Source of the DNA: Mobula hypostoma
Lineage: Eukaryota
DNA: 64,000 nucleotides
Assembly: GCF_963921235.1 (NCBI RefSeq)
Contig: NC_086107.1
Span: 103,356,001-103,420,000, forward strand
Direction: 5' to 3'
The notes beneath the pieces are model-generated. The model made no database searches. It was not told the origin of the DNA and saw only the letters and a list, made by a program, of their open reading frames with translations. Position 1 is the stretch's first letter. Every line of letters begins with the position of its first letter. A program made the position numbers and the translations under genes. Shown here piece by piece: positions 24,101 to 37,620 of this stretch.

Positions 24101-26029
24101 TTTCAGCTTGCATAGTTTTTTTAAAATTTCAGTTTTCCTATATTTATTCCTGAATTGGAAAAGGCAACTTTTGTGTCTGGATAATCCTCTTCTTTCATTC
24201 TTAGACTATTGCTAAAAACCTATTCAGCCTTCTGCAACAATCTCATTTAGTTTAGAGTCAAATTGTGTTAATGTTCCTGAGATCATTGGAATCTTTTATT
24301 ACTTGCTTTAGAATGGGATTAGTTATGATGAGGAGGTTGTTTTTTAGTGGAGATTTGGAGCAATATTGTCCTGTACTAGAGTTTAGAATATGAGAGTTGA
24401 ACTAATGAGATATTTAGAAGGATTGACTGGGTGGCAGCTGAGAAGCTGTTTCATTTGGCTGTAACTTCCAGAACAACTAAGCATAGCCATGGGATAAATG
24501 TTTCTCAACTTTGAAATGAGATGCAGAGAAACAAAGGAGGATTGTAATATGATTGTCTGGTTTACGATGGCGCTGGTGATGCCCAGTGATGACTTATTGG
24601 CGGCAAAATACGAAACAAAGAAAACCACTATACACCTTTATTAAAAACAATTATTGCTAACAGTGGAGATGTGTGGCTAGGCAGGAGGATGTGAAGGCGA
24701 GGCATGGCAGAGGCAAGCGGAGGAGGGAGCCAGGAATGTTCCAATGTCCAATCGATTTTAAGCGCTGGGCTGAAATGGAAAGGCCAGGTGTGGGCCGAAT
24801 TGTGGCGACAGGCCAGGCCCCAGAGCTGTCCAAGAGCAAGGAGCGACTGATGTTGGACTACTTGAGTGCTGGGGCAGATTGAAAACGTCCGGGTGTTGGA
24901 ACTGGAGGAGAGGGATGGGCCAGTTCTGCTCTCTGCCCTGCGACGTTTACTTGGTCCGGCGATGAGTTGATGCTGTGGCCTCCAGCTGCAGTGATGCCTG
25001 GCCTCGTGTCTTTCATAGAACTTCAGTCTGAATGCTATTTGCTTACTTTTATTGTTTATGTGATTCTTTTTCTGTCTGTGCAGTGGGTGTTTGGTCTTTT
25101 TTTTAACGGGTTCTTTTGGTTTGTGGCTGCTGATGAGATAAATCTGAAAGTTGATAACGTACTTTAAGTCTTTTGAATTCCCCACTCGAAAGTGCTATCA
25201 GTGCTTCAGAATCTCAGTTAACAAGCAGGGTTTCATGGATATTTGAACACTTGGGGGAAATCAGGTGATATAGGATTGGACAACAAAGTATATTAAGGCA
25301 CAGGGTCTGCTATGATGATTAGTAGAGTGCACTTGAGGGGCCATTAAGCACAGGTTCCAGCACTGGTGTTCCTGCTTACCTCCTTCACCCAACCCCACCC
25401 CACCCCACTTCAATTGCTTCTCCTTTTCGTTCCTTTTTGCCTCCATTTATCATTCACCTGCCCTTGTCTCTCAATCCATCCCACCCGTACCCGGCTAGAC
25501 TTTCTCATCAGCTTTCACCCCTCCTTGGACCACCAATTACTTTGGTTGGGGGTGGGAGGCTATTTCACTGCTTCTTCTCAGCTCTTTATACTGGTTACCT
25601 CTCAGTCCTGGTATAGGTTTTTCACTCAATGTCGACAGTTCCCTTTACTGCTCACCCACTGAGTTCCAGCATACATAAGTGACATACTGTTCACATAATC
25701 TTGTTCTAACACTGTTAACATTTCAACATGCAAATGTATGTTGTTTTGTCCTGTGTTGTGTGATGTAGGTGATTGTGGTCTTTCCATGACCATGATTGTT
25801 CTTGGCAAATTTTTCTGCAGAAGTGGTTTGCCATCACCTTCTCCTGGGCAATGTCTTGTAGGGTGACCCCAGTCATTATTAGAGATTGTTTGCCTGATGG
25901 TGGCATAACCATGATATGTATCACCTGCTTTATAGCCATCTACCACCTGCTCCCATGGCTTCACATGACCCTGATTGGGTTGGGGGGGGGGTGGCTAAGC
26001 AAGTGCTACACCTTGCTCAAGAGTGACTT

Positions 26030-26749
26030 CACTCACAACACGCTGGAGGAACTCAGCAGGTCGGGCAGCATCCGTACAAACGATCAGTCAACGTTTCGGG
26101 CCGGAACCCTTCGTCAGGACTGAAGACGGAAGGGGCAGAGACCCTATAAAGAAAGTGGGAGGAGGGTGGGAAGGAGAAGGCTGGTAGGTTCCAGGTGAAA
26201 AACCAGTAATGGGAAAGATAAAGGGGTGGGGGAGGGGAAGCAGGGAGGGGATAGGCGGGAAAGGTGAAGAAGGAATGGGGAAAACACAATGGGTAGTAGA
26301 AGGAGGCGGAACCGTGAGGGAGGTGATAGGCAGCTGGGGGAGGGGTCAGAGTGAAATAGGGTTAGGGGAAGGGAATTACCGGAAGTTGGAGAATTCTATG
26401 TTCATACCAAGGGACTGGAGACTACCCAGCCGATAAATGAGGTGTTGCTCCTCCAACCTGAGTTTAGCCTCATCATGGCAGTAGAAGAGACCATGTATGG
26501 ACATATCCAAATAGGAATGGGAAGCAGAGTTGAAGTGGGTGGCTACCGTGAGATCCTGTCTGTTGTGGCGGACGGAGCGGAGGTGCTCGACGAAGCGGTC
26601 CCCCAATCTGCGTCGGGTTTCACTGATGTAGAGGAGGCCACACTGGGAGCACTGGATGCAATAGATGACCCCAACAGACTCACAAGTGAAGTGTTGCCTC
26701 ACCTGGAAGGACTGTTTGGGGCCCTGAGTGGTGGCAAGAGAGGAGGTGT
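26030..26749 (-). mobile_element. PLE 3' part (second subfamily) with GIY-YIG remnant and 10-bp TSD, inside an older SINE-like repeat
   Basis: GPKQSFQVRQHFTCESVGVIYCIQCSQCGLLYISETRRRLGDRF; agagtgactt at 26020-26029 and 26750-26759. Confidence 0.9.
26084..26123 (-). ncRNA. Minimal hammerhead motif, intact core, GUU cleavage triplet
   Basis: Reverse complement: tcagtc CTGACGA a ggg ttccgg ccc GAAA CGTT gactga. Confidence 0.7.
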
Positions 26750-29420
26750 AGAGTGACTTGCAGGCTAGAAGAGCGAAGGAGCTCTGTACAGCTCCTTTGA
26801 TAGAGACGTGTCTCCACCTCACCTCCCTAAATGTATGTACATTAGGCAGAATATTCCAATTGCCCTTTTATTTGGCCAGGGATTTTGAGTTTCCTAAAAG
26901 CGCACTGGTGTTCTCTGCCTCCCAGTGCTGAGCCATCCATCTCTTCTGCTTGGGGTCTTCTGAATGCACACTGAATCCTTGGATCATCCATTCTATTTTT
27001 TAATAAAATTCTGTAAATTCAATTACTATTAGTGATGTATGGATGGAGTACATTTAAATGTGTAAACTCTGATTATGCAAGCTGTTGCCAAATAATTTGA
27101 TTTTCTGCATCTTAAATATCATCCAATAATTGCTTGGTTGAAAATCTTGCACCCACTAAAACCTGATTCCTCTAATTTTCTTGTCGAGGTGGAATCTCAT
27201 TGGAACTGCTGTAGGACTGTGTGCAGCCATTTCGATCAGTAAGGTTTTAAATTGTGGCTGATGTTTCCATTGCTACAGCTCAGTCAACAGCTACGCGTTT
27301 AACAAACAAGTGGTAGGTTTAGAGTGGCAACTTCTCAATCTGTTGCTCTTTCCATGACAGCACTCCCTCAGTGCCGTTGGTGGGAGTTCTGAGCTTTATT
27401 TCCAGCAACAATAACGGAATGGTGATAATTCCAATCTGGGATGGTGTGTGACTTGAAGAGGAACCTGCATGTAGTGTTTTCCCCTGTGTCTGCTGTCCTC
27501 GTCATCTTTGAAGTTGGGGTCATGGCTTTGCGAGGTGCTGTCGGAGTGGCATAGGTGAACAGGCAGTATGCTGTGGATGGTTCGTGCTGCAGCCAAGGTA
27601 CATTGACAGTGGAGCGAATGGATGCTTAGAATGGTTGATGGGATGTCGATTAAGTTGACTGCCTTATCCGAGGCGCTGCTGAGATTTTTGGGAGGAGTTG
27701 TTGCTGCTTTCGTTCAAGCAAGTGGAGATCATGCCATCACTCTTCTGATTTGTCCTGGCAGAAAGTGGCAAAGCTTTTGGTTGTCAAGTTCTGATTTATT
27801 CACAGCAGATTATCCAGCCTTTGATTTGTGCTTATAGCCACATTATTTATATGGCTAGTCATAGTGAATTTCTGATTAATGTAGTCTTGATATTGATTGG
27901 GGGGGGGGGTGTTGGTTGGCATTGGGATGACAATGCCACTGAGTGCCAAGGGTAAGTGGTTAGACTTGGTTTTGATTGGGCTTGTCATTGTTTTCCACTT
28001 ACCAGTCCATGCCCGTATGTTGTGTGGGTATGGGATACTTCATTTACTGAGATGATGCAAATGGAATTGAACCTTGTGCAACCATTAACCTCAAACCTCC
28101 TTCAAGAGGACCACAAACTGGCCATGGGCTTTGGCGCTTGGTAGGGTCACCCATGCCAAACAGATCAAAAGGTAGAGGCCAGACTAAGAGTGGTCCACCG
28201 GTCTTCCAGGTTTGTGGATTCAGCTCAGAGCTAACCACCCTGACTGGTCAAAAAAATGGTTAGGGGAAGGTGATGAAGAATCCTTAAAGGACCTTCATTG
28301 TTGCCCTAAATGCCAGCGGTGTAAGGGACAGTAAGTAAATAAGCTACTTCAGACCTGCTGACGGGCCATTGATGAAGTAGGTTGGGCTTACACACGTCCC
28401 TGAGGAAGTTTTTCAGAGGACTGGCCTCAGCTGTTTGACCTAACAATTGCAGCTGTCATTTTTGTCTTGAGGAATGACTAACCACAGCAACATTTTCCTT
28501 TTCATTTTGACCTCAGTTTGTTACCAGATTTGCTGGTGCCGCACTTGGCCAAATGCTACGCCGCTGCCAAGGGCAGTCGCTCCCGCCTTACCTGTAGAAT
28601 TCAGATCTTTGCTCTGTGTTTGGACGAAGGCTGTGAAGAGATTTGGTTTCAAGTGGCCCTGGCCAAACCCGAACCAGGCATTGGTGAGCGTGTTATTGGT
28701 GATCAAAATTCAAGTTAATTTATCACATGACATGGAAACATACAGTGAAATGCATCATTTGTGTTAATAAGCAACACACTCGAGGGTGTGCTGGGAGCAG
28801 TCTGCAAGCATCGCCACACATTCTGGCACCAACATAACATGCCCACAATGCCCATCAGAACAACACAGAATGGCACATAAGTTCCGTTCTTCCCTCCCTC
28901 AACCCCCCCCCCCGCCCCAAAGAACATACACAGTCCTTTAACTCCAGTACATGTAGTCATCTTTGGCATTATTCTCCAGCAGACTTGGACTTGCAGACAT
29001 TGAGCGTCAACTTGCTTTACCAACTTGCAGAGATTCACAGACTTGGGGGCTTTGGCCAATGGGTCTCGACTTCTGGACTTCTGATTTGATCCTCAGCATC
29101 GACCCCAAGTACTAGACGATAACCAAACTAGGCCTTGAACTCCAATCACACTAACTTGTGAGCCCAGGGGACCAGCAGACTTCATTCCACCTGCCCACAT
29201 TGAACTCTGACTCCAGAACTTGCTGACAATTCCAATTTGTTGACCTTGGGGTGGCTACCTGCCCTTGACTAGCGTGGTCTGCTTTCCTGACATCCAGTCA
29301 GATGTCCCAGCCTGCTATGCAAATGTCCAATGTCTGCATTGCTGGCCTTCAAACACTGAGCAGAGATTTAGACTCTGGCCTGACTTCTAATTTGCCCACA
29401 TCCCTGTCTCTAAACCATAA

Positions 29421-29730
29421 GTAAAGGCATCCGTTAGTCTTGCGAGACCATGGATCCGCGCCTGGAAAGTCTTCACTCTCCAGGGCGCAGGCCTGGGCAA
29501 GGTTGTATGGAAGACCAGCAGTTGCCCATGCTGCAAGTCTCCCCTCTCCATGACACCAATGTTGTCCAAGGGAAGGGCATTAGGACCCATACAGCTTGGC
29601 ACCAGTGTTGTCGCAGAGCAATGTGTGACTAATTGCCTTGCTCAAGGACACAACACGTTGCCTCGGCTGGGGCTCGAACTCACGACCATCAGGTCGCTAG
29701 TCCAATGCCTTAACCACTTGGTCACGTGCC
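29421..29730 (-). mobile_element. Young tRNA-derived SINE (family A)
   Basis: A and B boxes at the minus-strand 5' end; nearly identical to 35713-36026 and 62502-62817. Confidence 0.9.
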
Positions 29731-32402
29731 ATAACTTCACCTGTAACTCTTCCCCCCTGCCACCTCCGTCCCACTAAATGACATTATTGATTTCTGCACC
29801 CATCTCATTGCTGATGACTGATTGGATGACATGTAGCTAGACAAGATTTGTCCTTTTGTGAACATGACATATCTAGGCAAATTTCCCCATTAGGTAAATA
29901 CCAGTATTATAGCTATTGGAACATCTTGGGTAGAGGCACAGCTGGTTCAACTGTACAGGCCTTCAGTGCTACAATGGGAATGCCTTTGCTGTATCAAGCA
30001 GTCCAGCTGCTTAATAGCACCTTGACTGCATCAGTTTGGCTGGAGACTTTCCTGATGGTGGGACTCTTTCGAGGAAACTAAGATGGATTATTTATTCCAG
30101 AGGATTTTAGCCTTTTTTCCCCAGGGAGCCCATTTTTAATGGCTTACTTGCACTAGTTTGCCTTTGAGGTAGCAGCCTGGTTTTTGAACATCTTACATGT
30201 AGTGGCATCTGCACTGGACTTCGAGGCTAATGGTCCCGGGTTTGAATCCGCCCGGCTCCCTGCACGCTTTCCATCCATGCTGGGTTAAGTGTCGAGCTAG
30301 CAACTCATCCTCATTTAAAAACAGACAAAAATGCTAAAAAAAAACAAAAAAAGCAGGAATGTCACCAGATGCGTTACAAAGCACGGAAAAGAACAGCCAC
30401 CACCCACCCGAGGGTAATAAAAAAAAAATCACTTTTTATTTAAATTTACAGCACAGTGATTCTACGCTGTCCAGTTACACTCATGACCACTTAATCTATT
30501 AGCCTCTGCATCAGGGGTCATCCATGGACCCCTCAGTTAGTGGTAGGTGTCCAAGGTTGGGAAACCCTGCTCTACATCTTTGAATATGGTAGGACACTGG
30601 AGCATCTGGAGGAAATCCACGAGGTGATGGGGAGAATGTACAAACTCCTTACAGACAACGGCGTAATTGTAATAGGGTCATGCTAACCACTCTGCTACCA
30701 TCCCGCCCCAGATCTATTTGTTTGACGTTTCTGGCTGAACATTGCAAATGCTTTTACCTTTGTCAAGTCGAGTTTATAGTCATTTAACTGTATACATGTA
30801 TATAACCATATAATGAAACAAGACATTTCTCTGAACCAGGGTAAAAAGGCAAATATTGTGTACACGTGCCAGATCCTGTCGTCATTAACAATGGGGATGT
30901 CGTTGGACCCTTCTCTCACTGGCTGTGTAATTGCCCGTTGTCATTCTTCGCCGGTCGTGTCTGGACTACAAGAGCTCCAATTTGATCCTTTGTGATTTCA
31001 GCGCACATAGAAAAAAGCTGTGTTCTTGAGGCTGAGCACAGCATGTCCTGTATTGAAGCTTCACCAGGATGGGGCCACGTCATTCCTAGGTGTTTGCACT
31101 GCTGTTCCGGGGTGGTTTATTCCAGTAGTTTTTAAACCGTTTTTCAAGGCAACCCATTTTTAGTCAACTTTTCACTTATGTGACCCAATAATCACACAAA
31201 CTGGTTTACCACTGAGATGGCAAACTTTTTAAAAAAAATTTAGGTAGTTTTAAGTCTTTTTCTTAAACCTGTTCCTGGCAGATCCTTGAATCAGGAGATA
31301 TCCTTGGACTTCAAAGATGGTGAGCAACACATGCAAAATGCTGGAGGAACTCAGCAGGCCAGGCACCATCAAGAACTGAAAAAGGGCCTGAAATGTCAAC
31401 TGTTTACTCTTTTTCCATAGGTGCTGCCTGGCCTGCTGAGTTCCTCCAGCATTATGTTATATTGTTTTGGATTTCCCGCATCTGCATACTTTCTCGTGTT
31501 TGTTGATACATGTTAAGGTGAAGAAAGATCTGCATGTAGGAGAAATTCAGTGACCTTGTTTTCCTGTTTTCAGTTTCCTTCATTCCCGGGGCCATTTTCA
31601 AGTTTTGTTAAACGTGAATGAACACTGGTTCGGATGAGCGAGTATGGTAGATGCAATTATTGGATGGGTGTGATCCTCGCCATACCAGAACATTTAGCAT
31701 CTGGAATCGATGTTGAGAACTTTTAAGGACTGCACCCTCCCATATCTTCTGCCCTTTTTGGTGGGGTGGTCCTATATGTGAGGACAATGTACCCAAGAAT
31801 TGTGATGGGAGTTTATCAGTGTTCATAAGATGTGATTTGTAACTTCGGCATGTTTGAATTTATTGCTGAAGGTCAATAACAGGTACTGGAAATACTAATT
31901 GAATAGTTTACCAGGCCCCTTTGGTGGGCACTTGAGGGTCAACTATATAGGACATCTGGAGTTCTGAGTAGCATTGGCAAGTTGGAATATTTCCTCCTCT
32001 GAAGGGCATTAGTGAATCAGACTGGATTCTGCAATGATCTGAAATGAGTTTTAGTGAAAATTTTCATCAAAACATGTTTTGTGCTGTTCATTGCCTTCAT
32101 TGTACAAGCACAGCTTTTGGCCACTTGAAGAAAGTGTGTCTGAAGATCAAGGCCTAAACCTGGCACAAAGCATGGTCTTTCAGGCCGTAGTGGAAACTGT
32201 CCTCCCAATATACCTAAGACATTGTAGGACATTGGAAAGACACCAAAGTTATATGCAAACACCTCTGAATCCATTGAAAGAATAAGCATCCCAGCATCAG
32301 TGTCTTCTCCCAGAGGCAGTGCCCCAGCATGAACTATCTAATTATACTGTCAACCAGGTGCAAGAACAGTTACTCCCCTTGAATCACCACTACAATTTAG
32401 TA

Positions 32403-32926
32403 AACAACAGGAATTCTGCAGATGCTGGAAATTCAAGCAACACACATAAAAGTTGCTGGTGAACGCAGCAGGCCAGGCAGCATCTCTAGGAAGAGGTGCA
32501 GTCGACGTTTCAGGCCGAGACCCTTCGTCAGGACTAACTGAAGGAAGAATGAGTAAGGGATTTGAAAGTTGGAGGGGGAGGGGGAGATCCAAAATGATAG
32601 GAGAAGACAGGAGGGGGAGGGATGGAGCCAAGAGCTGGACAGGTGATAGGCAAAAGGGATACGAGAGGATCATGGGACAGGAGGTCCGGGAAGAAAGACG
32701 GGGGGGGGGACCCAGAGGATGGGCAAGGGGTATAGTGAGAGGGACAGAGGGAGAAAAAGGAGAGTGAGAGAAAGAATATGTGTATAAAAATAAGTAACAG
32801 ATGGGGTACGAGGGGGAGGTGGGGCCTTAGCGGAAGTTAGAGAAGTCACTGCTCATGCCATCAGGTTGGAGGCTACCCAGACGGAATATAAGGTGTTGTT
32901 CCTCCAACCTGAGTGTGGCTTCATCT
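32403..32926 (-). mobile_element. Young PLE 3' end with 7-bp TSD, inside a Rex-like fragment
   Basis: tttagta at 32396-32402 and 32927-32933; near identical to 8900-9430. Confidence 0.9.
32500..32535 (-). ncRNA. Minimal hammerhead motif, intact core
   Basis: Reverse complement: agtc CTGACGA agg gtctcgg cct GAAA CGTC gact. Confidence 0.7.
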
Positions 32927-33478
32927 TTTAGTAGCTATGACCATGCTGATCACTTTGCACTGAAATGGACTTTACTTTTCTTTGTTCTAATTACATTTCT
33001 GTTGTAAAAAGAAAACCAGTTTAACTTGGTTTTTCTTGTGAATGTTACTTACATGATGCTATGTGCCTGTGATGTTGCTTCAAGTTAAATTTTTCGTTGT
33101 ACTTGTGCATTTGACGATAAACTTGACTCAACTGTTGGGCAACCCACAGCATTTGCATGTCTGATACCAGGTTTCCAGCTGCAGCATGATAAGAGATTAC
33201 CAGGTGGACAGATGAAATTATTCAAGGGCATTCTTCTCGAAAATGCAACACCCTGATTAATTTGGCTTTTGAGTAGAGGGGGTGCACTTGGGATGGAACC
33301 GTGAATCTTGGGTCCATGCATTACGCAGGGTCTAGAAGCCCTGTGTAAATGGTGGAAGAAGCACACCCTGCTTCAAGTTCCTCCTGCCCGCACAGACTTT
33401 GTATATCACACTGCTGAGCAGATGCACAGGTGCAACTGGAACGGAATCTAAATGCTTTTTATTTTTTTTCTCCCTTAG

Positions 33479-33613
33479 GCCGACTCAGCATAATGCCTTA
33501 AATTTATTTTCTACAGTAACAATTCTGAAATGAACATTTTGAATAGAAGGGCCAAGATTTAATTCCGATCAGGCAATTGCGCATGGATCTGGTGCCTTAA
33601 CGATGGGGAGGAA
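33479..33613 (+). other. Candidate 5' UTR exon (3' end uncertain)
   Basis: Long polypyrimidine acceptor tttttattttttttctcccttag|g in repeat-free DNA; only weak donors follow (GAA|gttggt). Confidence 0.4.
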
Positions 33614-34334
33614 GTTGGTTATCCTTCTTTCTCTGGTTTGGATCATAAAGTGTATATACCGTAGGGAGTGGTACAATCAATTCCCTACAATTCTGACAAT
33701 TATAGTTTGAGTTCTTGTGTGCGGTATCACAGCTGTTTTGCAAGATTTATTTGCTTGTCTGAGTTCTAATCCTTGGCTGTTTATCACGCTTCAGAGCGAT
33801 GCTTTGTACTTGAGTGCATATTTGTAGAACACTTGTGCATGTATACTGAAAAATGCAGGAAAATCCATTTCTATTTTGTATAAAGGAAACTATAAATCCC
33901 GTTTATTACATAATGGACTTCAGTATCAAAGAAGGGAAAACATGTTTATATTACTTGTTTATTACACTGCTGAGACGTTGAGGATGGGTTCCATGGTCAT
34001 TTGTTCATGATTGAGGAATGCTAGTGACCTGTTGGAGATCTTCCAAGTTTAAGGTATTGTTAACAGGACAGCTATAGAAATCTTTTCAACTTACTGAGAC
34101 TCCAGAAATAATATGGTGTATACAGAGCTTGAATTTAATTAGTTATTGGGCTTTTTTGGTTGTTACTTTCTCCAGTTTCGCAAAGCCAGGTTAATTAAAA
34201 ACCTTGAAATGCACCAAGATTTGCTCACACAAACAACACCTAAACAGCAATTAATAAAAATCAGTCACTGATTACTTTATGCCTAATTACCTCTATTTTT
34301 TCATGTAAGCGCAGTGTTTTATCTTGTTTAAATA

Positions 34335-35450
34335 TAGAATAGTACAGCATAATACAAGCCCTTTGGCCCATGATGTGCTGATCCTAAAACCTGCTCCAAG
34401 ATCTATCTACTCCTTTCCTTCGACGTAGTTCTCTATTCTTTTATCCATGTGCCTGAGTCTCTTAAATGTCCTAAATGCATCTGCCACCACCTCTGGCAGC
34501 ACATTCTGCACACTTGCCACTCTGTGTTTTAAAAAAATATATACCAAACAAAATAAAAACCTCTCTCTGACATCCCCACCCCTATACTTTGCTCCAAACG
34601 CCTTTAAATTACACCCCCTTGTTAGCCGTTTCCACCCTGGGAAAAAGTTTCTGACTGTTCACTTTGTCTATTCCTCTTATCTTGTACACCTCTATCATTG
34701 TCACTTCCCAACCTTCTTCGCTTCAAAGAGAAAAACCCGAACTTACTCATCCTACCTTCTTAAGATTTGATTTCCAATCCTAGCCTCATCCTGTTAAATC
34801 TCCTCTGCATCCTCTGTAAAGCTTTCATGTTCTTCCTATAATGTGACCAGAACTGAACTCGATACTCCCAAGTGGTCTAACCGGAGTTTTACAGAGCTGC
34901 AACATTACCTTGCAGTTCTCAAACTCAATCCCCTGACTAATGAAGACCGACACACCACTCTATTAATTTGTGCTGTAACTTTGAAGGATCTATGGACAGG
35001 GATCCTGAGACCTCTCAGTTCCTCCACACCTCTAAGAATCCTGCTATTAAACCTGTTTTCATCCTTCCAAAGTGAATTACTTCACACTTTTCCAGACTGA
35101 ACTCCATTGACACTTCTTAGCCCAGCTGAACATCCTTTCAATGCCCTGTTGTAACTAATGACAACCTTGTACATTATCCAAAACTCCACCAACCTGTGTA
35201 TCATCTGCAGAATTGCTAATCCACCCTTCCACTTCCTCATCGAAGTCATTTATCAAAATCGCAAAGCACGAGACCCAGAACAGGTCCCTATGGAGCACTA
35301 CCAGTTGCCGACCTCCAGGCAGAGTATGTTCCATCTACTACCCCTGTGCCTCCTGACTTTCTGAATGAGCCTATCACAGGGATCCTTGTCAAGCACCTAC
35401 TAAAATCCATGTACACCATATCCACTACTATCCCTTCATCAATGTCACTT
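34335..35450 (-). mobile_element. Degraded CR1 3' part
   Basis: Collinear similarity to 3230-4090 and 56170-57350 with many indels. Confidence 0.75.
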
Positions 35451-35712
35451 GGTTTCTTCATTCATTCCCTTTACCTTTTCCTCTGACCTTTTTTCACCAA
35501 TCTCATACTAATAGGCAGTGCAATCCCATATACAAAGGGGAGGTGTGAGTAGTATTTATGTGAATATTTGTGAAGGAAAATGAATACAAGCGAACTCTTG
35601 TGTTATGGTTGAAATTTATTGTTATGGTGTTAATTGGTGATGCATGGGGAAAGTTTTATTTTGTAGTCTTTCAGAGGTGTTTCTTGTTTGAAGCTGAGAT
35701 ATTCAAGCCTTA

Positions 35713-36026
35713 TTAAGTCATCCGTTAGTCTTGCGAGACCATGGATCTGCGCCTGGAAAGTCTTCACTCTCCAGGGCGCAGGCCTGGACAAGGTTGTATG
35801 GAAGACCAGCAGCTGCCCATGCTGCAAGTCTCCCCTCTCCACGACACCAATGTTGTCCAAGGGAAGGGCATTAGGACCCATACAGCTTGGCACCAGTGTC
35901 GTCGCAGAGCAATGTGTGATTAAGTGCCTTGCTCAAGGACACAACACGCTGCCTCGGCTGGGGCTCGAACTCACGACCTTCAGGTAGCTAGTCCAATGCC
36001 TTAACCATTTGGCCACGTGCCCACAC
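35713..36026 (-). mobile_element. Young tRNA-derived SINE (family A) with 11-bp TSD
   Basis: ttcaagcctta at 35702-35712 and 36027-36037. Confidence 0.92.
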
Positions 36027-37152
36027 TTCAAGCCTTAATTATGTATTTAAAAGAGCAATAAATTCAGGAAATATTTGGACAGGCAATTTCTGTGGAGAAA
36101 CAGAGAAACTAACATTCAAGATGTTTTTGCAAGGTTAGTGTTGGCTCATTTTTATTTCCCAGCATCTGGCATTTAGTGTGCCCCTCTAGATTATGGCTTG
36201 AAAGGTAAAATGTTGCTAATCAAATCTAAGGTGTTCATGGGGATACCATCCAGAGAATGGGTTGAATGTGGAATTTGCAACCTCAGTATTTGAGGCAGAA
36301 GGAAGGCAGATCATCAGTAAAGTGAATGGTCAAGGCCTTTTCCCCCAGGGTAGGGGAGTCAAAAAGTAGAAGGCACAGGTTTAAGGTGAGATAGTAAAGA
36401 TTTAACGGTCCCAAGGGGCAAGATTTTCACCCAGAGGGTCGTAACTTGCACTCAGCAATTTCACACAAACTTCAATAAGAACTAAGCAGTTCCTATGTTT
36501 GAAAGGTCTGATAATTTTGAACGTTAGCCAAACTATTGTTGAAACTTGCTTGACTTTGTGGAAGAATAGTCAAGCAATCTTTGACATGAATGGACAAATA
36601 AGACCTTGATTTATTCTCATCTGAAAGATGACATCACTTCCAGCATTGCAGTAAAATATCAGCCCAAGTTGAAGTTGTTTTCACATACAAAACCTACAGA
36701 ACTGAACCTGCGCCTGGGCATAGATAGCAGCTTAATTTGATGGTTTTATGTTTCCCTGTGAGTTTTTAAGTATGAGATCCAGATGGAATCTCGGGAGCAC
36801 ATCGGGAGAGTTTGATTAGGAACAATCAGGAGGGGAATTGACAAGGTGATTGGTCTCAGCCTTTTTTCTCCCAGGGTAAGGGAGTCAAAAATCAGAAAGG
36901 ACTGGTTAAAAGAGAGATGGTAAATATTTAACAGGACCTGAGGCACAAGATTTACACATGGGCTGGTGGGTCTATGGAATGAGCTTCCTGAGGAAGTGAT
37001 AGAGGTGGATAAATGTTTGCATTGTATAAGACATCTGGACAAGTTTAGGGATGGGAAAGATTTAGAGAGGTATGGGCCAAATGCAGGCAAATGGGACTTG
37101 TTCTGAAAGGCATCCTGGTTGGCTTAGGTGAGTTAGGTCAAAGAGCCTGTTC

Positions 37153-37620
37153 CAAAGCAACGCGCACAAAATCCTGGAGGAAACTCAGCAGGTCAGGCAG
37201 CATCAATGGAAGTGAATAAGCAGTCAACGTTTCAGGCAGAGACCCTTCTTCAGGACTGAGAAGGAAGGGAGAAGACGCCAGAACAAAAAGGTGGGGGAAG
37301 GAAAAGGAGAAGCCAGGTGGGTGGGAAAGGTCAAGGGCTGGAGAAGAAAGAATCTGACAGGAGAGGAGCATGGAGCATAGGAGAAAAGGAAGGAGAGGGG
37401 GACCCGGGGGAAGTGATAGGCAGGTGAAGAGAGGTAAAAGGCCAGAGTGGGGGGAGGGATTTTTTTTCCCAGAAAGAGAAATGGATATTTATGCCATCGG
37501 GTTGGAATCTACCCAGACAGAATGTAAGGTAGCCTTGTCTTGGCACAAGAGGCAACCATGGACCTACATGTTCAAATGGGGAATTGGAGTTAAAATGTTT
37601 GGCTACCGGGAAGTTCCAAG
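37153..37620 (-). mobile_element. Older PLE 3' fragment; intact hammerhead core at 37221-37258
   Basis: Reverse complement: cagtc CTGAAGA agggtctctgcct GAAA CGTT gactg; LGRFQPDGINI remnant. Confidence 0.75.

Noticed and set aside
33603..33710. MGRK start suggesting MEF2 or similar
   Set aside because: Following sequence is not a MADS box and the unspliced frame stops after 35 codons
35950..36022. tRNA gene
   Set aside because: A and B boxes are the head of a repeated SINE with body and TSD; same for 10394, 29650, 47318, 52060 and 62750
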